NCBI GenBank assembly: GCA_905182145.1
Contig: CAJJAN010000023.1
Location: forward strand, 16,668-80,667
DNA: 64,000 nucleotides
DNA from: an uncultured Pelagibacteraceae bacterium
Lineage (GTDB): Bacteria; Pseudomonadota; Alphaproteobacteria; Pelagibacterales; AG-422-B15
Direction: 5' to 3'
Shown: positions 30,611 through 40,198 of the stretch, piece after piece
Position numbering within the stretch: position 1 is the stretch's first letter
Layout: every line of letters starts with the position of its first letter
Program-made: the position numbers and the translations under genes
The notes under the pieces: model-generated
The model's database searches: none
The model's input: only the letters and a program-made list of their open reading frames with translations
What the model was told of the DNA's origin: nothing

Positions 30611-30639
30611 TATTAAGCTAAAATAATTCACTTTGTCAA
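30611..30639 (-). promoter_or_regulatory. Candidate topA promoter (TTGACA-17 nt-TTAATA on the minus strand)
   Basis: Plus-strand tgtcaa at 30634-30639 and tattaa at 30611-30616. Only 8 nt (AGTTCAAA) separate the -10 from the ATG, with no SD, which suggests a leaderless or near-leaderless mRNA. Confidence 0.3.
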
Positions 30640-30688
30640 ATTAAGACATGAGATAAATTATAAATGATAGGAATTAAGGGAATTTTTT

Positions 30689-31279
30689 CTATTTGAGTAA
30701 TTCTTCTTTACCTGTAATTAATCTTAAAATATTTTTCGCGTGTGAGATTAATATAATAAATCCAGTTATAGCATATGTCATTACATGCTCAGTGTTGGGC
30801 AAAAGATAGATCGCTATCAAGAGTATAATAATACTTATCAGGGCTGACATAGAAGATATCCTTGATACTGCAAAAACTAGAATCCAAGCGATCACTACAA
30901 TAAAGAATAAAATAAAGTTAGATGCTAGTAAAATTCCTAAAAATGATGCGTATCCTTTACCACCACTAAAATTTTTAAGCCATATAGGAAAAATATGTCC
31001 AATTAAAATAAATATCGAACAAATTAAGAATGATTCAGGGTAATAATTTTGACATATATTAATTGCAATTATTGCCTTGAGGGCATCAACTAAAAGAGTA
31101 AGTGCAGATGCAAAATAATTTCCCGTTCTCAAAATATTAGTTGCTCCAGTGTTTCCAGAACCAATATTCCTTATGTCCCCAAGATTAAATAGCTTTGCAA
31201 AAATTATACCACTTGGAATTGACCCTAGTAAATATGAAATTAATATACCACTAAAAGTAATTAGCATTTGATTATTCAA
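30689..31279 (-). CDS. plsY: Glycerol-3-phosphate acyltransferase PlsY
   Basis: 196 aa membrane protein with the GSGNTGATN motif. Confidence 0.93.
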   Translation of the reverse strand: MNNQMLITFSGILISYLLGSIPSGIIFAKLFNLGDIRNIGSGNTGATNILRTGNYFASALTLLVDALKAIIAINICQNYYPESFLICSIFILIGHIFPIWLKNFSGGKGYASFLGILLASNFILFFIVVIAWILVFAVSRISSMSALISIIILLIAIYLLPNTEHVMTYAITGFIILISHAKNILRLITGKEELLK

Positions 31280-32210
31280 CCATCATAGCTAAACAAGCCA
31301 TTCTAACTGCTACACCATTTTCAACTTGCTCATTAATAACAGATTTGTTTAAGTCGTCAGCCAAAGAACTTTCTATTTCAACATTTCTATTTATTGGCCC
31401 TGGGTGCATAACTAGTACATCTTTTTTAGCCTTTAATAATTTTTTATAAGTTAATCCAAATGAGTTAAAGTATTCATCTTCTGAAGGTAAATCAGCATCA
31501 TTAATTCTCTCTTTTTGAATTCGAAGCATCATTACTATATCAGCTAATTCAATACCTTTTTCTAAATTATCAAAATACTCCACATCAAAAGTTTCTATAT
31601 TTTTTGGCTTAAAATATTTTGGTGTAACAAATCTTATTTTTGCATCCAATTTTTTTAAAAGATAATAATTTGATTTTGCTACTCGACTGTGTTCAACATC
31701 ACCACAAATTGATACAACTAAATCTTTAAAATTTTTACCTTTATCCTTCATAGTAAATGCGTCTAGCAAAGCCTGAGTAGGATGCTCAATAGAACCTTCA
31801 CCAGCACTTATGACTGGACACTTAATTTTAGAAGATATTTCATTGATAGATCCTGCAGTGGCATGTCTTACTATCACTAAATCAGGGTTCATGGCATTGA
31901 GTGTATCTGCAGTGTCACTTATGGTTTCACCTTTTCTTAAAGATGAACCTTCTAAATTCATATTTATTATGTCAGCGCCAAGTCTTTTAGCGGCAATTTC
32001 AAAAGATATAAGGGTTCTAGTGGAGGGTTCAAAAAATAAGTTAATAATTGTTCTCCCATTTAGAATAGGAACAGCTTTATCTTTTTCTTTATTATTATAT
32101 TTAAATAATTTTGCAGTGTTAATTATTGAATTAATATCTTGCACTGACAAATCTTTAATTGACTGAAGATTCTTAATAGAAAGTTTGGGGATTTTATTTA
32201 TTTCAATCAT
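31272..32210 (-). CDS. pyrB: Aspartate carbamoyltransferase catalytic subunit
   Basis: 312 aa. FFEPSTRTLISFE, HPTQALLD and HPGPINR motifs. Confidence 0.96.
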   Translation of the reverse strand: MIEINKIPKLSIKNLQSIKDLSVQDINSIINTAKLFKYNNKEKDKAVPILNGRTIINLFFEPSTRTLISFEIAAKRLGADIINMNLEGSSLRKGETISDTADTLNAMNPDLVIVRHATAGSINEISSKIKCPVISAGEGSIEHPTQALLDAFTMKDKGKNFKDLVVSICGDVEHSRVAKSNYYLLKKLDAKIRFVTPKYFKPKNIETFDVEYFDNLEKGIELADIVMMLRIQKERINDADLPSEDEYFNSFGLTYKKLLKAKKDVLVMHPGPINRNVEIESSLADDLNKSVINEQVENGVAVRMACLAMMVE

Positions 32211-32700
32211 CTGTGTTGTTACTTATATATTGAAGCGCTCCCTCTAGAATAAATGCTGCTGCCAAGTTATCAATTTCTTTTTTGTTTATTATCTTTTTTT
32301 TACGACTTTTTTTTGGTTTTTCATAAAGCCTTTCAACTGCAGCGCTAGATAGTCTTTCATCCCAAAAACCATATGGCATATTTAAATTTTCAGAAATAAG
32401 TAATGCTGTATCTGTTGCAGACTGTGCGCTTTTACCTTCTGACCCATCCATATTTAAAGGCATTCCAAAAATTAATCCGCCTATTTGAAATTTACTAATA
32501 ACTTCAGTTAGTTCCTCAATTAAAATGCCTATCTTGGTTCTCTCAATAGTTTTAATAGATAAAGCAATTTTTAATTCTGGATCAGAAACAGATATACCTA
32601 TTCTTTTAGATCCTAAATCTAGTCCCATTAAGCGTTGTTTATTTATTAGAATATCTTTAAATTCCCTTAAATCTTGAATTTTTTTTGTTTCATTGCCCAT
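32203..32700 (-). CDS. ruvX: Putative pre-16S rRNA nuclease / Holliday junction resolvase-like YqgF
   Basis: 165 aa. LMGLDLGSKRIGISVSD start and DERLSSAAVE motif. 8-nt overlap with pyrB. Confidence 0.9.
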   Translation of the reverse strand: MGNETKKIQDLREFKDILINKQRLMGLDLGSKRIGISVSDPELKIALSIKTIERTKIGILIEELTEVISKFQIGGLIFGMPLNMDGSEGKSAQSATDTALLISENLNMPYGFWDERLSSAAVERLYEKPKKSRKKKIINKKEIDNLAAAFILEGALQYISNNTDD

Positions 32701-32759
32701 CTTTTACAAGTATATATCATAAATAGTTATGTTATTAACTAGATAATCTAAGTATCACA

Positions 32760-33047
32760 ATGGAATTTGATAAAAATAGCACACTTAAACTAGCAAAACT
32801 TGCTCGCTTGTCACTAAATGCCGAGCAATTGAACAGTTTAGAAAAAGATTTAACCTCTATTGTCTCTTTTATCGACCAACTTAAAGAAATCAACACTGAG
32901 AAGATTGATCCAACTTCAAACTCACTTGATCAAGACCTAATATTAAGAGAGGACGTTGCTGAGAATAAATTATCTAATGAAGATCTACTAAAAAATGTGC
33001 CTGAATCTGAGCTAGGTTTTTTTGTGGTACCAAAAGTTATAGAATAA
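32760..33047 (+). CDS. gatC: Asp/Glu-tRNA amidotransferase subunit C
   Basis: 95 aa. LAKLARLSLNAEQL...FIDQL, immediately upstream of gatA. Confidence 0.93.
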   Translation: MEFDKNSTLKLAKLARLSLNAEQLNSLEKDLTSIVSFIDQLKEINTEKIDPTSNSLDQDLILREDVAENKLSNEDLLKNVPESELGFFVVPKVIE

Positions 33048-33049
33048 TA

Positions 33050-34522
33050 ATGATAGAAAATTTAACCATCGAGCAAACATCAAAACTTCTTAATGATAAG
33101 CAAGCCTCGGCATTAGAAATAACTGATATCTATCTTAAGAAAATTAATACAGCCAAAAAACTAAATTGTTTTATTACTGTATCAGAAGATAAAGCTATAG
33201 AGGCGGCTAAAGAGACTGATGAGAGAATATCCAAAAATAAAAAAATTGGATTTCTTGATGGGGTTCCACTTGCATATAAGGATTTATTTTGCACAAACGA
33301 TATTCTTACTACGGCATCAAGTAAGATATTATCAAATTTTACACCTACTTACGAGTCTACGGTTACTGCTAACTGTAAAGATCAAGGAGCTGTAGTTCTT
33401 GGTAAACTTAATTGTGATGAATTTGCAATGGGATCAACTAATAAAACAAGCTTTTATGGACCTGTTATAAACCCATGGAAATCTATTGATAATGAAGATG
33501 AACTGGTTCCAGGTGGATCGTCTGGTGGATCAGCTGCTTCAGTTGCAGCAGATTTATGTGTTGCATCTCTTGGTACTGACACAGGTGGTTCAATCCGACA
33601 GCCAGCATCATTCACAGGATTAGTTGGGCTTAAACCTACCTATGGTAGAGTTTCAAGATGGGGCACAGTTGCGTTTGCATCTTCATTAGATCAAGCTGGA
33701 CCAATAGCTAAAACAGTTGAAGATGCCGCAATACTACTTCAAACAATTTCTGGCCATGATAATAAAGACTCAACAAGCTCTATAAGATCAAATGAAAATT
33801 TTTATTCTAATCTTGATAGCTCTGTAAAAGGGTTAAAGATAGGTGTTCCAAAAGAATATATGAGCGATGACTTGCCAGAAGAAATTCAAAAATTTTGGAA
33901 CGAAGGTAAAAAAATACTTACTGAAAATGGAGCTGAATTAACTGAGGTAAGCCTACCGTCCACAAAAACAGCACTTCCTGCATATTATATTATTGCACCA
34001 GCTGAAGCTTCATCAAATTTATCAAGATACGATGGAGTTAAGTACGGATTAAGAGTTAAAGAAAAAAGTCTCACTGAAATGTATGAGTCTACTAGATCAG
34101 AGGGTTTTGGAGATGAAGTTAAAAGACGTATTATGATTGGAACTTATGTTCTTTCGTCAGGATATTATGATGCATATTATATAAAGGCACAAAAGATTAG
34201 ATCTATAATAAAAAATGATTTTGATAATGTTTTTAAAAACGTTGATGCATTATTCACTCCCGCAACACCAAATACAGCTTTCCCTATAAATAGAGAAGAA
34301 ACAGATCCAGTTCAAAACTATTTAAATGATATCTTTACTGTTCCAGCTAATTTAGCTGGCTTACCAGCTATTTCTATTCCGTTTGGACTTGATAATTCTG
34401 GTTTACCGATAGGCATGCAGTTAATTACTAATTCTTTTCAAGAGCAAATGCTTTTAAATATTTCTAAAAATCTGCAAGATACGATTAATTTTAATAACCG
34501 ACCAACTCAATGGTGGAAATAG
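33050..34522 (+). CDS. gatA: Asp/Glu-tRNA amidotransferase subunit A
   Basis: 490 aa. Amidase signature GGSSGGSAASVAA...GTDTGGSIRQPA. Confidence 0.96.
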   Translation: MIENLTIEQTSKLLNDKQASALEITDIYLKKINTAKKLNCFITVSEDKAIEAAKETDERISKNKKIGFLDGVPLAYKDLFCTNDILTTASSKILSNFTPTYESTVTANCKDQGAVVLGKLNCDEFAMGSTNKTSFYGPVINPWKSIDNEDELVPGGSSGGSAASVAADLCVASLGTDTGGSIRQPASFTGLVGLKPTYGRVSRWGTVAFASSLDQAGPIAKTVEDAAILLQTISGHDNKDSTSSIRSNENFYSNLDSSVKGLKIGVPKEYMSDDLPEEIQKFWNEGKKILTENGAELTEVSLPSTKTALPAYYIIAPAEASSNLSRYDGVKYGLRVKEKSLTEMYESTRSEGFGDEVKRRIMIGTYVLSSGYYDAYYIKAQKIRSIIKNDFDNVFKNVDALFTPATPNTAFPINREETDPVQNYLNDIFTVPANLAGLPAISIPFGLDNSGLPIGMQLITNSFQEQMLLNISKNLQDTINFNNRPTQWWK

Positions 34523-34525
34523 TTC

Positions 34526-35956
34526 ATGAGTAATAATTGGCAAACAGTAATTGGTATTGAAATACATGCTCAAGTTAATTCAAAATCAAAGCTTTTTTCA
34601 AGTTCATCTACTGGCTTTGGATCTGCTCCAAATACTCAGGTAAGTTTAGTAGATGCAGCTATGCCAGGAATGTTGCCTGTCATTAATAAATTTTGTATTG
34701 AACAAGCAGTAAAGTCCGGATTAGGGCTAAATGCAAAAATAAATAGTAAGTCAATTTTTGATCGTAAAAATTATTTTTATCAAGATCTTCCTCAAGGGTA
34801 TCAAATTTCTCAATTTAAAGATCCAATTGTCGGCGAAGGTTCAATCGAAATAGATCTTGGTGATGAAAAAAAAGTTATTGGTATTGAAAGACTTCATTTA
34901 GAACAAGATGCGGGTAAAAGTTTACATGACCAAGACCCTAATTTAACTTTTGTTGATCTAAATAGATCGGGAATAGCATTAATGGAAATTGTTTCTAAAC
35001 CAGACATGGCTTCGCCTGAAGAAGCAGTAGCTTATGTTAAAAAAGTGAGAACAATATTAAGATATTTAGATACCTGTGATGGAAATATGGAGCAGGGTTC
35101 ATTGAGAGCAGATGTTAATATATCTGTAAGAAAAGAGGGAGATGAACTGGGAACAAGATGTGAAATAAAAAATTTAAATTCATTTAAACATATTAATGCA
35201 GCAATTAATTTTGAAGTTGATAGGCAAATTAAAGTAATTGAAGGTGGTGATAAAATAAAACAAGAAACACGCCTATATGATGTAACTTTAGACAAAACTA
35301 GATCAATGCGATCAAAAGAAGATGCACATGATTACAGATATTTTCCTGACCCCGATTTATTGCCCTTAAAACTTAACCAGAGTTGGATCGATGATTTAAA
35401 AAAAGATTTACCTGAATTACCTGATGAAAAGAAAGCTAGATTTGTTGAGCAGTATAAAATCTCTGATTATGATGCTGAAGTATTAACTTCAGATAGACTA
35501 ACTAGTGAATATTTTGAAAAAGTAGCTAAAAATAGAAATGTTAAACTTGCTGTATCTTGGGTTGCAAGTGAGTTGTTTGCAATTTTAAATAAATTAAATT
35601 TAACTATTGAAAAATCTCCCGTTAATTCTGATCAACTTGGAGATTTAATTGATGAAATTGAAAATGGGATAATATCAAACCGTGCAGCTAAAGAAGTTTT
35701 TGAGGAAATGTGTGAATCTAGTAAATCAGTTAAAGAAATTATCAATGACAAAGGTCTTGTTCAAATAAGTGATACAACTGAAATTGAGAAGTTTATAGAT
35801 CAGGTATTAATTGAAAATCCAGATAATGTTCAAAAATATAAAGAAGGAAAAACAAAACTTCTTGGATTTTTTATTGGGGAAGTAATGAAAGCAACTAAAG
35901 GTAAAGCAAATCCAGGGCTTTTGAATCAAATAGTAAAGAAAAAACTAGATAATTAG
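34526..35956 (+). CDS. gatB: Asp/Glu-tRNA amidotransferase subunit B
   Basis: 476 aa. WQTVIGIEIHAQV start, NRSGIALMEIVSKPD and a C-terminal YqeY-like tail. Confidence 0.96.
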   Translation: MSNNWQTVIGIEIHAQVNSKSKLFSSSSTGFGSAPNTQVSLVDAAMPGMLPVINKFCIEQAVKSGLGLNAKINSKSIFDRKNYFYQDLPQGYQISQFKDPIVGEGSIEIDLGDEKKVIGIERLHLEQDAGKSLHDQDPNLTFVDLNRSGIALMEIVSKPDMASPEEAVAYVKKVRTILRYLDTCDGNMEQGSLRADVNISVRKEGDELGTRCEIKNLNSFKHINAAINFEVDRQIKVIEGGDKIKQETRLYDVTLDKTRSMRSKEDAHDYRYFPDPDLLPLKLNQSWIDDLKKDLPELPDEKKARFVEQYKISDYDAEVLTSDRLTSEYFEKVAKNRNVKLAVSWVASELFAILNKLNLTIEKSPVNSDQLGDLIDEIENGIISNRAAKEVFEEMCESSKSVKEIINDKGLVQISDTTEIEKFIDQVLIENPDNVQKYKEGKTKLLGFFIGEVMKATKGKANPGLLNQIVKKKLDN

Positions 35957-35985
35957 AGATAAAAAGACTAATTAGTACTATACGT

Positions 35986-36079
35986 GGAGTGATGGGTGAG
36001 TGGCTGAAACCGGTTCCCTGCTAAGGAATTTAACGGGCTTATACCCGTTACGAGGGTTCGAATCCCTCTCACTCCGCCA
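35986..36079 (+). tRNA. tRNA-Ser (anticodon GCU), CCA encoded
   Basis: Hand-folded. Acceptor GGAGTGA/TCACTCC; D stem GGT/ACC; anticodon stem GTTCC/GGAAT with loop CTGCTAA. Long variable arm AACGGG-CTTAT-CCCGTT; T arm GAGGG-TTCGAAT-CCCTC; discriminator G then CCA. Confidence 0.93.
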
Positions 36080-36080
36080 C

Positions 36081-38231
36081 CTAAGGTTTTAGAATTGGGA
36101 CTACAATCTTGCTTCTATCTTTTTTGCCTACTGTCAGATTGTAAGATAGAGTATAACTATTTGGTAGATAATTATTTTCAATAAATTCATAAACTTGTAA
36201 ATTTTCCATTACCCTCTGAACATAATTTCTTGTTTCTTTAAATGGTATTAGTTCTATCCAATCTACTGGATCAATATCATTAGTTCTTGGATCGCCATAT
36301 CTTGCTATCCATCTTGTTACTCTTGAGGAACCAGCATTATATGCAGCAAGAGTTAGTATATAAGAGCCATCATATTTTGATAAAAGCTCATCAAGGTAAG
36401 CACTTCCTAATATTACATTATACTCAGGGTCACTCGTTAATCGTGATTTTGAATATTTTAAGTTTAAACCTTTAGATAGTTTCTTAGCTGTGTAGGGCAT
36501 AAGTTGCATCAAGCCTTTGGCTCCAGCGTAACTTCCAGCTTTTGGATCAAACTGACTTTCTTGCCTTATTACAGAGTGAATAAATGGCTGCGAAGGAAAT
36601 ATAATTTTACCAAATTTTGGCTTTTGAACTGAAGGAAAACTTTCTGGCGCTAATAATAGTGTATCGTAATATATAAATTTACCAGCTTGAACAGCAAAGT
36701 CGTTTCGACTTAATTTTTTTGCCAACTTAGCAATTCTTAATCTTTCCTCAGTATTATCAGACCTTGCTATACTCCATATAAATTTTTTCATAATCTTAAA
36801 TTCTTCTAGTTCATCTAAAAGATATATCGCTCGATAAACTTCAATCATTTCTGAATTTGGATTATTTACATCTATTGTTTCAGGGTAGCTATTTACAATA
36901 AATTGACTTTGTTCTCCTAAATATTGATTTGCAAGCTGGCCGTAGAACGTAAAGTTATATTTAGATGACTCTAAAAACCATTCTTGAGCCATCTCATTTT
37001 TATTTAATTCTTTGTAAGATCGCGCCAACCAAAATGAGCCTCTTGCTTTGGATATTGGTCTTGAGGAAATATCGTAGATATTCCTAAAATGAAGTGAGGC
37101 AGTTGCAGGATCATTTAAAAATGAAAAACTCAACCATCCTGCAAGCCACTCAGCAGCTGCAATATCAGCATTGCTTTTTAGACCATGGTTAATTGAAAGT
37201 CGATAAGCCTCATCATAGCGATGTTCATCAATTAGTTTTCTTATTGAGTAGTTTTTAAGCTTCCAGAACTTATCTGGCCTTTCTAGTTCCGCTGAACTAT
37301 TTTTGTTTATTTCTTGTAACAAGCTTAATGCAGAAGAAAATTTCTTCTTTTTTATTCGCCAATTAATTCTATCGTGTACTAGTCCTGAATCATTTCTCAA
37401 TTGATTAGGAACATTGGCAATTAATTGATCTACTCCACCTGAGAATGATATGAGACCAATTCTAGCTTCATAAAGTTTCTGATAATCCTTATCAACATAC
37501 TTAATTAGTCTTTGTGCTGTACGATATTGTTTATTCCAAAGTAAGTTTGATATTCTTTTTTTATGATGTTCAATATCTAGAAAAGATTTAAACTTTATTA
37601 CTATCTGCTTTTGCTCAGTTTTTCCAAAAGAGCCTTCTATATAGCCCTCTCTAATTAATTTAATTCCTTTATCTTTTTTTCCAATTGAAACATATGCATT
37701 ACCTAGATAGATTTTTCCTATACCACTCTGTACATCATTTTCCTTAAAGAAGTTGATAATATCAGATGCTGAGTCTGAAAATCTAATCTTTGACTCTGCC
37801 TTTAATTTTATGTTGTCTATTTCAGGCCAATTATTATTTTTTATTATATAATTTACATAATCAGTAAATGTTAAATCAGATGCACCATTATAATATCTTA
37901 CCCAATCAATTAAATTTAAAGCATCTTCATCCTTTAAGTTTTTTTTGATATTTGAAACTCTTTCCCATTTCCATTTCTTTGATTGTTTGAAAGCTAAGTC
38001 TAAAATATCAAATTCTTTATTTGACAAAGTGTTTGATGATATGGGCGCTTTGGGTTTCTTAACTGGAGATAAAAGAAATGGCTTACTTGGTTTTTTTGAG
38101 GGAAAATTTAATACTAGTATCTTTTGAGTACTTGTATTTGAATCTATTAATTCAATGCTATTTTCTATAGCTGAAGCCTTAAAAGTACCTAAAATAATAA
38201 AAGATAGTAATATAGTTATAGATTGTTTCAC
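36081..38231 (-). CDS. slt: Soluble lytic murein transglycosylase
   Basis: 716 aa. N-terminal signal-like MKQSITILLSFIILGTFKASA, a long helical-repeat region, and a C-terminal SLT domain VIRQESQFDPKAGSYAGAKGLMQLMP...AYNAG. Confidence 0.92.
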   Translation of the reverse strand: MKQSITILLSFIILGTFKASAIENSIELIDSNTSTQKILVLNFPSKKPSKPFLLSPVKKPKAPISSNTLSNKEFDILDLAFKQSKKWKWERVSNIKKNLKDEDALNLIDWVRYYNGASDLTFTDYVNYIIKNNNWPEIDNIKLKAESKIRFSDSASDIINFFKENDVQSGIGKIYLGNAYVSIGKKDKGIKLIREGYIEGSFGKTEQKQIVIKFKSFLDIEHHKKRISNLLWNKQYRTAQRLIKYVDKDYQKLYEARIGLISFSGGVDQLIANVPNQLRNDSGLVHDRINWRIKKKKFSSALSLLQEINKNSSAELERPDKFWKLKNYSIRKLIDEHRYDEAYRLSINHGLKSNADIAAAEWLAGWLSFSFLNDPATASLHFRNIYDISSRPISKARGSFWLARSYKELNKNEMAQEWFLESSKYNFTFYGQLANQYLGEQSQFIVNSYPETIDVNNPNSEMIEVYRAIYLLDELEEFKIMKKFIWSIARSDNTEERLRIAKLAKKLSRNDFAVQAGKFIYYDTLLLAPESFPSVQKPKFGKIIFPSQPFIHSVIRQESQFDPKAGSYAGAKGLMQLMPYTAKKLSKGLNLKYSKSRLTSDPEYNVILGSAYLDELLSKYDGSYILTLAAYNAGSSRVTRWIARYGDPRTNDIDPVDWIELIPFKETRNYVQRVMENLQVYEFIENNYLPNSYTLSYNLTVGKKDRSKIVVPILKP

Positions 38232-38313
38232 AAAATGAATAAATTAATGGTTTTGAGAGTATATTTATGATTTATATTTTTTAAATAATTAAAAATGATA
38301 GAGTATAATATAT

Positions 38314-39189
38314 ATGTTTAAAGGTTCTTTTACAGCATTAATTACCCCATTTAAAGATGGCAAATTTGATGAAACTTCTTTTCGCTCATTAATTGATTTT
38401 CAGCTAAAGTCAGGAACACATGGTTTGGTTCCCACGGGTACTACTGGCGAGTCTCCAACACTAAGTCACGAAGAGCACATAAGAATAGTTGAAGTTTGTA
38501 TTGAGCAAGCAAATAAAAAAGCACCTGTTATTGCAGGTACAGGTTCTAATTCTACAGAAGAAGCTATTTATTTAACTAAGCATGCAGAGAAAGCAGGTGC
38601 TGATGCTGCACTAGTTGTTACACCTTATTATAATAAGCCATCACAAGAAGGCCTTTTGCAACATTTTACTAAAATAGCCAACAGTGTAGATATTCCTATT
38701 GTTATTTATAATATTCCAGGAAGATCAATCGTAGATATGAGCAATGAGACTATGAGTAAATTATTTGAGGTTAAAAATATTGTTGGTGTTAAAGACGCAA
38801 CTGGAGATATTCCAAGAGTATATTTTACAAGAAGTGAAGTAGGTAATGAATATAATATGTTAAGTGGAGATGATTCTACAACATTGGCATTTATGACTTA
38901 TGGTGGGCATGGAGCTATTTCAGTAACTTCAAATATTGCTCCAAAACTATGTTCTGATTTTCATAGTTTGTGTATGGATAAAAATTTTTATGAAGCATCA
39001 CTAATTAATGACAAATTGATGCCATTACATAGAGCTTTATTTTTAGAGTCTAGCCCTGGACCAGTAAAATATGCCGCATCTAAGCTAGATTTATGTTCAG
39101 AGGAAGTAAGGTTGCCTGTAACTAAAATTAATAATGATACAAAAAAAATTATTGATAATGCTTTACGACACGCCTCACTAATTAAATAA
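38314..39189 (+). CDS. dapA: 4-hydroxy-tetrahydrodipicolinate synthase
   Basis: 291 aa. GTTGESPTLSHEEH, TPYYNKPSQEG and VGVKDATGD motifs. Confidence 0.96.
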   Translation: MFKGSFTALITPFKDGKFDETSFRSLIDFQLKSGTHGLVPTGTTGESPTLSHEEHIRIVEVCIEQANKKAPVIAGTGSNSTEEAIYLTKHAEKAGADAALVVTPYYNKPSQEGLLQHFTKIANSVDIPIVIYNIPGRSIVDMSNETMSKLFEVKNIVGVKDATGDIPRVYFTRSEVGNEYNMLSGDDSTTLAFMTYGGHGAISVTSNIAPKLCSDFHSLCMDKNFYEASLINDKLMPLHRALFLESSPGPVKYAASKLDLCSEEVRLPVTKINNDTKKIIDNALRHASLIK

Positions 39190-39191
39190 AA

Positions 39192-39629
39192 TTGACAATC
39201 GTAGCCCAAAATAAAAAAGCTCGTTATAACTACTTATTTTTAGAACTGTTCGAGTCAGGAATAGAGCTAAGAGGCAGCGAGGTCAAATCTCTTCGCTTAG
39301 GTAGAGTTAACATTACAGAGTCTTATGCTAGAGAAGAAGGTAGTGAGTTATTTTTAATTAATTCTCATTTCTCAAAATACACTAACTCTTCTTATATGAA
39401 TCATGAAGAAACAAGGCCAAGAAAGCTTTTGCTTAATAAAAGAGAAATAAGGAAAATTATTGGAAAGCTGAACAAAGAGTCTTTAACATTAGTTCCAACA
39501 AAAATTTTTTTTAACAAGAAGGGATTTGCTAAAATTGAAATTGCGTTAGCCAAAGGAAAAAAAGATCATGATAAGAGAGAGGTAAGTAAAAAAAGATCTT
39601 GGGAAAGAGAAAAGAAAAAATATAAATGA
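39192..39629 (+). CDS. smpB: SsrA-binding protein SmpB
   Basis: 145 aa. VAQNKKARYNY...IELRGSEVKSLR. The frame opens only at 39186, so TTG at 39192 is the only plausible start and no SD is visible. Confidence 0.92.
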   Translation: MTIVAQNKKARYNYLFLELFESGIELRGSEVKSLRLGRVNITESYAREEGSELFLINSHFSKYTNSSYMNHEETRPRKLLLNKREIRKIIGKLNKESLTLVPTKIFFNKKGFAKIEIALAKGKKDHDKREVSKKRSWEREKKKYK

Positions 39630-40141
39630 TTTACGCTATTGGATTAGGATCAAATTTAAACTCTAGATATGGAAATCAATATCAGACGTTAAAAAAAGCT
39701 ATAAGCTGTATAAGAAAAAAAAATATCCAAGTCTTAAAAACTTCAAGAATATATATAACTCAACCTGTAGGCATGAAAGGTAATAATTGGTTTTTAAATG
39801 CAGCCATAATAATATCAACTCAACTACAGCCACTTAATCTTTTGTTATCTCTATAAAAAATTGAAAATGAAATGGGTAGAAATGCTTATAAGCCAAACAC
39901 ATCTAGGCCATGTGACCTAGATATACTTTTAACTAACCAAAATACAATCTTTAACAATAAAGAAAATAAATATCATATTACTATTCCACATAAAAAAATG
40001 CATGAAAGAATGTTTGTATTAAGACCATTGATGGATATATGCCCTCAGTGGAAACACCCAATATTAGAAACAAGTATCCAAAAAATAATATCTACTTCAA
40101 AATCTAGAGAAAAAGTAAGGATATATAGAAATAATTTGTGA
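39626..40141 (+). pseudogene. folK: HPPK (2-amino-4-hydroxy-6-hydroxymethyldihydropteridine diphosphokinase) interrupted by one in-frame TAA
   Basis: ORFs 39626..39856 and 39872..40141 share one frame. Together they give a colinear HPPK: IGLGSNL, NWFLNAA, then LLSL*KIENEMGR, RPCDLDILL, ITIPHKKMHERMFVLRPL. The stop is at 39854-39856. Confidence 0.8.
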
Positions 40142-40144
40142 TAT

Positions 40145-40174
40145 TTGAGACATTTTTAGGTATTTCTTTATACT
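40145..40174 (+). promoter_or_regulatory. Candidate spoT promoter (TTGAGA-18 nt-TATACT)
   Basis: TTGAGA at 40145-40150 and TATACT at 40169-40174, in the 57-bp folK-spoT spacer, about 25 nt upstream of the ATG at 40199. Confidence 0.3.
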
Positions 40175-40198
40175 CAAAATCATGGTTAAAAGTATCTT

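Noticed and set aside
35967-35976. A 10-bp perfect palindrome ACTAATTAGT between gatB and tRNA-Ser
   Set aside because: By my rough estimate, AT-only 10-bp palindromes are expected about a hundred times by chance in 64 kb of this composition.
35986-36079. tRNA-Ser as a possible genomic-island integration site
   Set aside because: Both flanks are core genes (gatB, slt) at 29 nt and 1 nt distance. There is no integrase, and I noticed no direct repeat of the tRNA 3' half elsewhere in the window.
39100-39700. I looked for ssrA (tmRNA) next to smpB
   Set aside because: smpB is flanked by dapA (2-nt gap) and folK (4-nt overlap). There is no non-coding space for a tmRNA.
39854-39856. The in-frame TAA in folK as evidence of stop-codon reassignment
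   Set aside because: TAA terminates most of the genes I checked here (rpsL, fusA, rpsJ, rplC, pccA, dapA, etc.) at homolog-consistent lengths. A genome-wide reassignment is therefore not tenable.
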